64,000 bases of DNA from positions 1 through 64,000 of IMG/VR virus record IMGVR_UViG_3300030103_003268, one strand, 5' to 3'. The stretch is from a virus. Under the pieces are notes generated by a model, which was given only the letters and a program-made list of their open reading frames with translations, did not search any database and was not told where the DNA came from. A program made the translations under genes and the position numbers. Below, in pieces: positions 1 to 7,695 of the stretch. How positions within the stretch are numbered: position 1 is the first letter of the stretch; each line of letters starts with the position of its first letter.

Positions 1-135
1 TGATTCGGTTTTGTTTCCATCGCCATCAATATCTATATAATCAGGTTTTGCCGCTTTTAATTCTTCATCATCGGTCTTTTCAGTCCCACAATGTCCTTTT
101 TCTTCTTCCTTTCGGATAATATCTCTCCAACTCAT
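1..135 (-). CDS. Small protein, truncated by the window edge, with an EF-hand-like DxDGDG motif
   Basis: Manual translation MSWRDIIRKEEEKGHCGTEKTDDEELKAAKPDYIDIDGDGNKTES; its ATG overlaps the stop of the upstream ORF (ATGA). Confidence 0.65.
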   Translation of the reverse strand, partial: MSWRDIIRKEEEKGHCGTEKTDDEELKAAKPDYIDIDGDGNKTES

Positions 136-239
136 TTCTTCTCACCTGTTATTAAGTCTTTCTTTTGTTTTGCTTCTTCTTTGTCTAAACGCTTTGATTC
201 AGCGTCAAACCATGAATCTAAATAAGTGCATCTTGTCAT
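132..239 (-). CDS. 35-aa hypothetical protein
   Basis: Manual translation MTRCTYLDSWFDAESKRLDKEEAKQKKDLITGEKK; GGAGA RBS upstream; coupled to the next gene. Confidence 0.55.
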   Translation of the reverse strand: MTRCTYLDSWFDAESKRLDKEEAKQKKDLITGEKK

Positions 240-254
240 GTCAATTTCTCCAAA

Positions 255-911
255 TTAGAAATAATATCCTCTTCTTTCGGCTCTTAATTGACCTTCACTA
301 AATCCTCTATCCATATTTGCGCCCATTTCATTCATAGCAGCAACATATTCACTATATGAAATCTCTTCGTTCCTTAATTGCCTACTAAGTTCTTCGGCTC
401 TTTTCTCGTCCATTCTGTCATCATGCTTAATTCCGACATTAAATCCTAACCTGTTCATAACTAAAGCAGTAAAAGCAGTAGGGTCAGTTAATTCAAATGG
501 TAAATGTATATTTTCTATTTCAGGATAATCTCCGCCTACCCAATACGCTTCGGTGTCGGTGTCAAAATAAAGTATAATTTCTTTTCCTCTTGATTTGGCT
601 TTTACCGCTACACCAAAATGAAGATGACCACTAAAATCATCGGGGGTTTTTTCATTTATTAAATCAGCCACAAAACATTCAACACCCAAAGTATTCAAAG
701 CATCAATTCCTTTTTGAATATTAAATTGTTGAGCATCATTAGAGACAAAAAGACTACTAGCCTCTTTACTCCATGCGTTTTGCTTTAATCTTTCTTCTTC
801 TCCCTCCATTCCTGGATTACTAGCAGACCATTCCCATTCAAACTGCAAGTTCTTGGGCATAGAAGAGTATTTTTCGTTATCTTCCTTTTTAATCGTTGCT
901 TTCCATGTCAT
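255..911 (-). CDS. Hypothetical protein with an N-terminal W-x-x-[IT]-[IL]-K motif
   Basis: 218-aa ORF; AGGTGA RBS. Confidence 0.8.
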   Translation of the reverse strand: MTWKATIKKEDNEKYSSMPKNLQFEWEWSASNPGMEGEEERLKQNAWSKEASSLFVSNDAQQFNIQKGIDALNTLGVECFVADLINEKTPDDFSGHLHFGVAVKAKSRGKEIILYFDTDTEAYWVGGDYPEIENIHLPFELTDPTAFTALVMNRLGFNVGIKHDDRMDEKRAEELSRQLRNEEISYSEYVAAMNEMGANMDRGFSEGQLRAERRGYYF

Positions 912-954
912 AATATCACCTTAAAATTTCTCAAAAAAATGTGGCGGATTTTTT

Positions 955-1251
955 TCACCTATACTGTCTAATTTCTTTAAATCTATTAACATCAGCATAT
1001 CTATGAGTTCCTGCTCTTTTCTCTTTTGGTAAATCATAGCCGAGTTTCATAAGAGCCTCTTCTAAAACAATAAGATATTTCGGCATAGGAATATTTTTAT
1101 TTTTGTCTGTAATTCTAAATCCTCTATCTGCTCTTTCTGAATATTGCAGTAAATACTGATTAAAAGCCGCTTCATGCACCTGCTTTAAAGTCTCAATGAC
1201 TTCTTCTTCAACATCTGCTTCGGATTCTGCCTTTAAGATATTTTGCCACAT
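955..1251 (-). CDS. Hypothetical protein with N-terminus MWQNILK
   Basis: ORF track; ATG at 1251 follows an AAGTGA RBS-like sequence. Confidence 0.75.
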   Translation of the reverse strand: MWQNILKAESEADVEEEVIETLKQVHEAAFNQYLLQYSERADRGFRITDKNKNIPMPKYLIVLEEALMKLGYDLPKEKRAGTHRYADVNRFKEIRQYR

Positions 1252-1441
1252 AGTAATCACTTTTTCTCAAAATTTGGCTCGGAATTTTTTTGGCACTTGC
1301 GTCCTCATTTAAATTTTTTTATTTGTATTCCCAGGATAAAAACTTTTTCATTTAAAGTTGCTTGTTTAAAGATAATAAGTTTGGCCGCCGTGTAATAATG
1401 TTGTTATAACTAATCGGATTATCATAATTAATTTAATTATT

Positions 1442-1669
1442 TTAATTGCCAAAGTCTGTTAAAGTAGTTTGTTTATCATATCTATTAATAAAATCATTAA
1501 TATGGCTTTTTACCTGTTGTAGTTGCTGGCCCAATTCACCTAGTTTGGTAATACTGGCTATATCCATTTCCTTCAATTGTTTGCGTTTAGCCTTGATATC
1601 AGATAAAATAATAACAATCTCTTTATTGATACCCTGTAATAGTTCTAATGCCTTATCCTCACTAGACAT
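1442..1669 (-). CDS. Small coiled-coil protein with a C-terminal PIP-box-like motif
   Basis: 75 aa, heptad-like, ends QTTLTDFGN. Confidence 0.65.
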   Translation of the reverse strand: MSSEDKALELLQGINKEIVIILSDIKAKRKQLKEMDIASITKLGELGQQLQQVKSHINDFINRYDKQTTLTDFGN

Positions 1670-1839
1670 ACTGTATCATGTTATGGGAGTAGGCCATACC
1701 CTATAATGGTGGCGGTTTTACCCTTGTTTAATTAAAGATAATGCTTCAAAATAGGGCTTTTAAAGCATTTCGCTCTAAATGAGAAGAATTAAAAAATTTG
1801 AAACAAAGCCATATGGTTGTAGATTATGAATGCGGGAAG

Positions 1840-1997
1840 AGTTGTTAATAACTACCATTTTCATCTATTGTCTTGTTTTCATCTTCCTTTACAGTTTGCT
1901 ATAGAACGCTATTGGTAACTACAAAATGTTTGTTTATAGCCATCTATGATGAATAACTATCTAATGCAGAAACCCTAAATGATAGTTATTAACAACT
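1840..1997. repeat. ~160-bp ORF-less element with 21-bp terminal inverted repeats
   Basis: AGTTGTTAATAACTACCATTT (1840-1860) versus AAATGATAGTTATTAACAACT (1977-1997), one mismatch. Confidence 0.75.
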
Positions 1998-2044
1998 TTA
2001 CAACCATATGGTCGTAACTTTGAGTAATGACCCGAAGGCCGCCA

Positions 2045-2170
2045 TTAACGGCAATCGGGGCAAATCCAAACGATTCGCAATTCCTTAACCCAAGTATCAT
2101 TTCCAAATTGGTCGTAAAAACGAACAGTTCCATCAGCGTTGCATTCTTCACAATACATTGTCTCTTCCAT
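2045..2170 (-). CDS. 41-aa Zn-ribbon microprotein (cassette gene)
   Basis: Manual translation MEETMYCEECNADGTVRFYDQFGNDTWVKELRIVWICPDCR; two CxxC motifs. Confidence 0.7.
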   Translation of the reverse strand: MEETMYCEECNADGTVRFYDQFGNDTWVKELRIVWICPDCR

Positions 2171-2399
2171 GCTTAACCCGCAAATGGGCGTATTCATTGA
2201 GGTATTACCAAAGCACTACCATATGGTGTTGCTTTGCTATAACCCTGAAGTGGGACGGGAAGAATTACCTCTTTTCTTCCCGCCCCCGTATTCCCTCTAT
2301 TCCCTGTTTGTTTGGGTCATAGTGCCATAACGAGAGGCTCATGGCTAACGGGCCGCTTTTAGGGTGCTTACGGACTTCATGCCGTATTTGGTGAGTTAT

Positions 2400-2600
2400 T
2401 CAAAGCACACGGCCATTTGAGAAGTCTTCACCCCAAATGGACTTATATTGAGCCAAAAAGTATTGAGCAAAGCGCACAGCGTCAAAATTCCCATTATCAC
2501 GGGAAAACATATTAATCATATGATTAACAATATCTGCGTTAATATCACGCCATCGGGCAAGCATTTCAGCCATTTTCTTATAGTGTCGTCGTTGGAACAT
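2400..2600 (-). CDS. 66-aa hypothetical protein (cassette gene)
   Basis: MFQRRHYKKMAE...; TATA-like CCTTATAT about 25-30 nt upstream, right beside the repeat at 2651. Confidence 0.7.
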   Translation of the reverse strand: MFQRRHYKKMAEMLARWRDINADIVNHMINMFSRDNGNFDAVRFAQYFLAQYKSIWGEDFSNGRVL

Positions 2601-2716
2601 GATTAACCGCTTAAGACTCACATATAAGGTTTTATTACCAAAGTATGCAACCATATGGTTAGGCTTTGCATTAACCCCATATAGGGGCTTCACAGGGGAA
2701 TTAGCCGTGAAGAGTC

Positions 2717-3232
2717 TCATTCCTCCTCGGAACCCTCCATATCTGCTTTCGCAGGGGTTGGTTCAATTTGAGGAACCCCGTCTTTAACGGCTACGCCGTC
2801 CCAACGGTTGTCTTTGATTGACTTAACCATGTAGGCATGAGCCTTACCACGGAAAGAGTCCACCAATTCGCTGAATGAACCATATACTCCACCAGTTCGG
2901 CCATGTGGCACGATAACTGACAGAATCAAGTTGTGGTATTCAGTAGGGATTGCAGCAATAGCACCTGCCACGGTTTCCTCCACAGTCGCCAAAACAAGTT
3001 CCTGTTCGTCCGAGAGGGTTGATTCTCGCCCTCGTCGTGCCGCAGGAAAACCCTCCATAGTGGAGCCTATTGAACGAATTGCCGTCCAATAGGTGCTTCG
3101 TAGGTCGTCTGTTCCCGCATTATCGCCCAATGTGAGCGAAAGGAGAACAGCACTCAAGTTGTCGCTTTTTGGCTGTGTTTCAGCCCAAGCCCGCACTTTG
3201 TTTGTGTTCAGTGTCCAATTCTTCATCTTCAT
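2717..3232 (-). CDS. Hypothetical protein, paralog family A, copy 1
   Basis: Shares LRSTYWTAIRSIGS, FPAARRGRES, PHGRTGG and RWDG with 4210-4716; AGGTGA RBS. Confidence 0.9.
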   Translation of the reverse strand: MKMKNWTLNTNKVRAWAETQPKSDNLSAVLLSLTLGDNAGTDDLRSTYWTAIRSIGSTMEGFPAARRGRESTLSDEQELVLATVEETVAGAIAAIPTEYHNLILSVIVPHGRTGGVYGSFSELVDSFRGKAHAYMVKSIKDNRWDGVAVKDGVPQIEPTPAKADMEGSEEE

Positions 3233-3397
3233 ATTTCTTCACCTTTCCTTAAAAAAGATACTCTCACGCCGTTTTCCCCTGTGGAGCGATAATAAGGGTA
3301 TGGCATCGCATAAGGTTGTTTCCACGCAAAGCAAGAAACAACCATATGGTATTGCTTTGTTAATACCCTAAACAATACAATAAGTCAAAGAAGAGAC

Positions 3398-3652
3398 ATG
3401 CACGCAGACAAATCGCAGAAAATCGCTAATCTCTTAGTAAATACCTTCCCAAGCCTTCGGCCTTGGATTGAAGCCCAATACCATTCAGCCTTTTTGAAAG
3501 ATATGATGGTTTATGCCGACGAACCTAACGCTATGATTGCTATGTGCGAATTTGCGGCTTCTATTGAGGCTTTCGCTGATACTATCGCAGAAGTCTCATT
3601 TGATGAGATGATACGCATTATGACTGATATGGGATGGGAGGTGCTTGAATGA
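3398..3652 (+). CDS. 84-aa hypothetical protein (cassette gene)
   Basis: ORF starts about 50 nt after the repeat at 3342. Confidence 0.75.
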   Translation: MHADKSQKIANLLVNTFPSLRPWIEAQYHSAFLKDMMVYADEPNAMIAMCEFAASIEAFADTIAEVSFDEMIRIMTDMGWEVLE

Positions 3653-3783
3653 TTTCCCACTGCCCCACCTGTAAAAGAGAATTGGCTAAAGATGATTTTA
3701 TGTCCTTTGCCTTTATCCTTGGAGGAGACATTTGCCGCTATTGTCTTGATGATGAGCCTTCGGGCCAGTATAACAAAGTATGA
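3649..3783 (+). CDS. 44-aa Zn-finger microprotein
   Basis: Manual translation MISHCPTCKRELAKDDFMSFAFILGGDICRYCLDDEPSGQYNKV; GGAGGTG RBS; ATGA overlap. Confidence 0.65.
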   Translation: MISHCPTCKRELAKDDFMSFAFILGGDICRYCLDDEPSGQYNKV

Positions 3784-3853
3784 CCATATGGTTGCGGAAC
3801 TTTGTTTTCTGAAAGGAAACGCAACCCCATAACCGCATAACGCCGGATGAGGC

Positions 3854-4105
3854 ATGAAAGCAACCCTAACTCAAGATTTACTTACTGGAGAGTGCCGTAT
3901 TAGTATTAAAACCTGTTCGGAGGCCATCAACTACATGGGAGAAATCTTCGGCTTTATCAAAGATAATGGCTTTTATTGCCGAATGACCACTGATTTCTAT
4001 ACGGTCAATTTCACCATTCGTGGCGACGAGGACATAGCGGCCCGTGTCCCTAAAATCATGGGATTCATTAATGACATCACCTGTGGTCGCATTAAGCGTG
4101 ATTAA
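3854..4105 (+). CDS. 83-aa hypothetical protein (cassette gene)
   Basis: Fills the interval between repeats 3784 and 4137; followed by a GGCCTTCGGGCC hairpin. Confidence 0.7.
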   Translation: MKATLTQDLLTGECRISIKTCSEAINYMGEIFGFIKDNGFYCRMTTDFYTVNFTIRGDEDIAARVPKIMGFINDITCGRIKRD

Positions 4106-4209
4106 CGGCCTTCGGGCCAATTTAACCAAAGTAAGCCCATATGGTTGTGCTTTGCCAGTTGAAAACGGAACCCCACCCATAGGTGGGGCTGCGAGGGGAA
4201 AGACCCGCA

Positions 4210-4716
4210 TCATTCCTCTTCTTGACCTCCTTCAGCAGATTTAACCGCAGGTGGGGTCATAGTTGGGATTTCACCGTTCATAGAACCATCCCAACGACCT
4301 TCTTTGTAGCCCTTAACGAGCGCATCATAGGCTTTCTTACCCATTGAACGGGCAAAGGCCATGATATCTTCATAATCGCCACCAGTTCGCCCGTGAGGGA
4401 GAATAACGGTAGTAATGAGGTCAGGGTTAGTAATGCCCGCAAAGGCAGTAATAACCGCATTCTTCACAGAAGTCGCATTTAGGTCTACTTCTTCGGGCAA
4501 AGATGATTCTCGGCCTCGGCGGGCGGCTGGGAAATCGTCATAAGGACTCCCAATAGAACGAATAGCCGTCCAGTATGTAGACCGCAATTCGTCGTTATCC
4601 GTTGCATTTCCAAGTGTAATAGAAAGAGAAATGGCTTGACCCACATCTCCCCTATCTTCAAGTTCAAGCCATGCTTGAACCGCATTCGTGTTCTTAATCC
4701 AGTTGTCTTGCTTCAT
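4210..4716 (-). CDS. Hypothetical protein, paralog family A, copy 2
   Basis: Strong similarity to 2717-3232; GGAGG RBS before MKQDNW. Confidence 0.9.
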   Translation of the reverse strand: MKQDNWIKNTNAVQAWLELEDRGDVGQAISLSITLGNATDNDELRSTYWTAIRSIGSPYDDFPAARRGRESSLPEEVDLNATSVKNAVITAFAGITNPDLITTVILPHGRTGGDYEDIMAFARSMGKKAYDALVKGYKEGRWDGSMNGEIPTMTPPAVKSAEGGQEEE

Positions 4717-4859
4717 AATCAATTCCTCCAAAAAGGTTTGATGCGTCCGTTTTCCCCTCGGAGCAACTAATGGCGACCATAGGCGACTATGGTTGCTTTT
4801 TCATTAACACTCGCAAAGCGAAAAGCAACCATATGGTTGTAATTATGCTTTGCATTAAT

Positions 4860-5395
4860 AAAACCATAAAGAAGGCTACACTAAACGGACAGGGAAAAGC
4901 CTATATTGGTGCATTTCGTGCTAATTTGTCCGTTTAGTGGGTGAATACAAAACGCCGCCTACTCCATTCATATCCGACTAACTGCCTTACTGTTGTTTCC
5001 GTCTCTAATTCGGCATGCCTCCTTAGATTTGTTTCCTTTCGGGTCTTACTACGCTGTGTTTCGGCTTTGTTTCCGATTGATGTTTATGGCCAATCAACCA
5101 AGGGAATTTGAAAAGGGTGGGATGAAGAATTGGGTATCTCCAAGTATGATGCGATTGGGTCGCACTCACTTTTGAACGCTCCTTAGATTTCGTCTTAAGA
5201 GCCATACTACCGATTTCATGAAGTTAGTTTGTAGCCAACCGCCTTTTGAGCCTTAATCACTTTCACAGGGAACAATTAATCTGCCTCTTGGCCGTCATAA
5301 CTGCTATGTGTCCCACAACAGGAGAAATCGTCCATTACCCCCGTTCAAAAGGGCATTAATGGTAATCCCCTCCGAGGGAGCGACCCCCGAAGCAA
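4860..5395 (-). ncRNA. Candidate large structured non-coding RNA
   Basis: Cassette without a convincing ORF; perfect 13-bp stem (4879-4891/4927-4939), 12-nt direct repeat (5019, 5179), GAAA-capped hairpins, 5' hairpin like the family A leaders. Confidence 0.45.
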
Positions 5396-5522
5396 TAGAA
5401 CCGAGCGATTATCGCTTATGGTTCTCTATAAGCAAAGCAATATAGAACCATATGGTAATGCTTTGTTATTTACCCCAACGCTCCATTATTAAAGGCATTT
5501 GAAGGGGCAATCCGCTATTTCA

Positions 5523-5639
5523 CTACTCTTCCTCCTGTATATAAGCCATACTCAGCAAAGCGGCCTCAATGACCAGTCCGTTCTTATTACACAGTTTCAC
5601 AAGGGCTTTAGCCAATCCACACCAATCCATAGTCTTCAT
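5523..5639 (-). CDS. 38-aa microprotein (cassette gene)
   Basis: Manual translation MKTMDWCGLAKALVKLCNKNGLVIEAALLSMAYIQEEE; TTATAAATA next to the repeat at 5735. Confidence 0.55.
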   Translation of the reverse strand: MKTMDWCGLAKALVKLCNKNGLVIEAALLSMAYIQEEE

Positions 5640-5859
5640 GTTTATCTTAAGTGGGTATGTTCGCAACTTGTTGATTTAAATGTTTAATGTTTCAATTTAA
5701 ATTTTTAGAGGGTATTTATAACAAAGCAACAATACCATATGGTTTGATACTATCAAAGAGCGCAGAATATTCTTATTTAGCGATATTCAATGACACTGAA
5801 ATGGGGAGAATTTTCAACCCCCAAAAATCTGTCAAATTTGACAGGGTGTTTCTCAACTG

Positions 5860-6305
5860 TGGTTATATTAATTCGTATTCATATTCTAATATTCAATATT
5901 AGTATTATAGTAAAATAAATGGGTTGTCTCATGGTCGGGAGGGGATGAGACGAGACAACTCAGGGAAGAATCATTAAGGTTATGCAACATAAGTAAAAAT
6001 ATATTTCTATTATCTCATTATCTCATCATCTCATCATCATCATCTTCTTCTCTCTGCATAACCCCTTATTTTCTTAGGGGCTAGGGAGAGAGAAATATAT
6101 GGAACTTTGATGAGACGAGATGAGACAACTCTTTTTTGCGGGTTTCGTCAAGGTTTTGCAGGGTTGTGTTGCATAACCCCGTTGTCTCAAGATGAGACAA
6201 TAGGCGAGACAGTCTCAACGACGGGGAACCAAAAGTTATTTCATTTGGCGAACTATTGTTGTAAATAAAATCTATTTGATTCAACAAAAGAATTATCTCA
6301 CCATT
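5860..6305. repeat. Cluster of TGAGAY/RTCTCA short repeats plus an AT-rich tract; candidate origin or terminus
   Basis: GATGAGACGAGACAACTC at 5944, GATGAGACGAGATGAGACAACTC at 6109, TATCTCAT tandem at 6011-6043, inverted copies at 5923 and 6181-6220; lies at the strand switch. Confidence 0.6.
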
Positions 6306-6404
6306 TAATTAAAAATACAAAGATGAAACACATCGGAGTCGCAGGAAACTTTCTTGGTAAAATGTTGGTAATTCCCTCAAGGGAGGTGCATTCGGAGGCA
6401 TTTC

Positions 6405-6420
6405 TGGACTCCTTTATATA
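6405..6420 (+). promoter_or_regulatory. Archaeal-type promoter TGGACTCCTTTATATA
   Basis: Identical 16-mer at 15095 and 31887; contains a TTTATATA TATA box; 52 nt upstream of ATG 6472. Confidence 0.7.
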
Positions 6421-6471
6421 CCGAAAGACAACTGTTGAGAATACCCCGCAAAGGGGAAGGAGAGAATATAC

Positions 6472-6945
6472 ATGGATGATACCACATGGGAAAGCCTCAA
6501 AATTGAGGTGAACGAATACCTAGAAGCCGACACTACGCTTGATGCTGGATTGCGTCAAGTCGTTGAATTGAACCTGCAAATCGGGACGAACAACCCCGAT
6601 GAGCGAACTGCCGCCGAAGGTGCGCTTAAAGCACTTTTGAAGGGAAGAGACGGAACTCCGTTCCGCCGAGGCCAAAAGAGCGCAGTTCCAGCCGCAGTTC
6701 GTGTTTCTATTGACCGAATCTGTGGAGTTGTTGAAGAAGCCGCTATTGGCTACTACAACCACGATGCAGTTATTGGTGCAATTACAATGAAGCACATCAA
6801 ATCTGGTGGCGGAAACTTTGATGGCGCAGAAGATTACGCTTCTGCTGTCGTTAAGCGAACCCGAAACAACCTTGGCAAAATGTTCAAGGCTGGCGATTGG
6901 GACGGTAGCGTTGATTCCCTTTTAGGCGAATCAAGCGACCTTTGA
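6472..6945 (+). CDS. Hypothetical protein, distant member of paralog family A
   Basis: PFRRGQKS, HIKSGGG and GDWDG align with AARRGRES, HGRTGG and RWDG. Confidence 0.85.
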   Translation: MDDTTWESLKIEVNEYLEADTTLDAGLRQVVELNLQIGTNNPDERTAAEGALKALLKGRDGTPFRRGQKSAVPAAVRVSIDRICGVVEEAAIGYYNHDAVIGAITMKHIKSGGGNFDGAEDYASAVVKRTRNNLGKMFKAGDWDGSVDSLLGESSDL

Positions 6946-6992
6946 GATTAAAACCTCAAACAACCGCTTATCAGGTCAATGACCTGAACAAC

Positions 6993-7030
6993 GGGGAATA
7001 GGAGTCTAAGGACTCCTATTCTCCCCTTTT
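6993..7030 (+). terminator. Hairpin terminator
   Basis: GGGGAATAGGAGTC-TAAG-GACTCCTATTCTCCCC followed by TTTT. Confidence 0.6.
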
Positions 7031-7107
7031 CCACAAGGGGGAAGAGAGGCGCATGAAAATGCTTTGCTGGCAAGGCTTTCTCTCTTCTCCCGCCTTTGGG
7101 TGGTTTG

Positions 7108-7365
7108 ATGCGTTTAGTTGAAGAAGTCTTTGTCAAAACAAAAGAAGATTTAATTTGCCAGTCTTGCGGTGTTGATATACCAAAAGACAGCAACCATCTT
7201 CTTGAGTCTTATGTTCATCATGGCGTTATTTCAACTAGTCATTACTGTTTAAACCCAAAGTGCAATCCACCTAATAATGTTCGTTTGAAGTTATTTTGGG
7301 GAACACTAGCCACAGGCGTTTCTCTGTGGTTAATCTACTTTTTCTATCAAAACGCTGCGTTTTGA
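7108..7365 (+). CDS. Zn-finger protein with a C-terminal TM helix
   Basis: CxxC...HYCxxxxC followed by a hydrophobic segment. Confidence 0.6.
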   Translation: MRLVEEVFVKTKEDLICQSCGVDIPKDSNHLLESYVHHGVISTSHYCLNPKCNPPNNVRLKLFWGTLATGVSLWLIYFFYQNAAF

Positions 7366-7509
7366 ATCTATTCATTCAAAGTTTGGGGGGTGGCCCCGCA
7401 ACATATACGCCCTCGGCAGGTGGGGGTATGCTTCAACAGTCGCCAAGCGACATGGTTTCACTTTTTTAATTTGAAATGGTGTGGTTTTCTTCTGTTTAAG
7501 TATTTTAAC

Positions 7510-7593
7510 GCTGAGATGGCTGAGTTTGGTTAAAAGCGCAGGGCTTAAACTCCTGTCCGTATTGGTTCGCAGGTTCAAATCCTGCTCTCAGCA
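7510..7593 (+). tRNA. tRNA-Leu(TAA)
   Basis: Acceptor GCTGAGA/TCTCAGC, anticodon arm CAGGG-CTTAAAC-TCCTG, long variable arm, GGTTCAAATCC T arm. Confidence 0.88.
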
Positions 7594-7695
7594 CTTTTAC
7601 ATGGGGAAGGTTGAACAGGGGGCTAAAGAGTAATGACCGAGTAATCGGTTTTGTTCCCTTCCCCACCTATTCTCTATTTTTAAGAGGTAATAAAA

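Larger units (their letters stand above)
1804..5750. repeat. Dispersed array of 10 palindromic repeats, CAAAG-N(0-10)-CCATATGG-N(4-11)-CTTTG, with the outer arms degenerate in some copies
   Basis: CCATATGG cores at 1809, 2004, 2219, 2651, 3342, 3784, 4137, 4829, 5448 and 5735. Confidence 0.92.

Noticed and set aside
2400-2720. 106-aa ORF as listed in the track
   Set aside because: The N-terminal extension runs through the repeat and promoter; the ATG at 2600 fits the cassette layout better.
4993-5205. Two overlapping 60-aa ORFs on opposite strands
   Set aside because: No convincing RBS or protein-like features; the region is better explained as structured RNA.
1804-5750. CRISPR array interpretation of the palindromic repeats
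   Set aside because: Intervals are 195-692 bp, variable and gene-containing; repeats are degenerate outside the 8-bp core; there is no cas operon.
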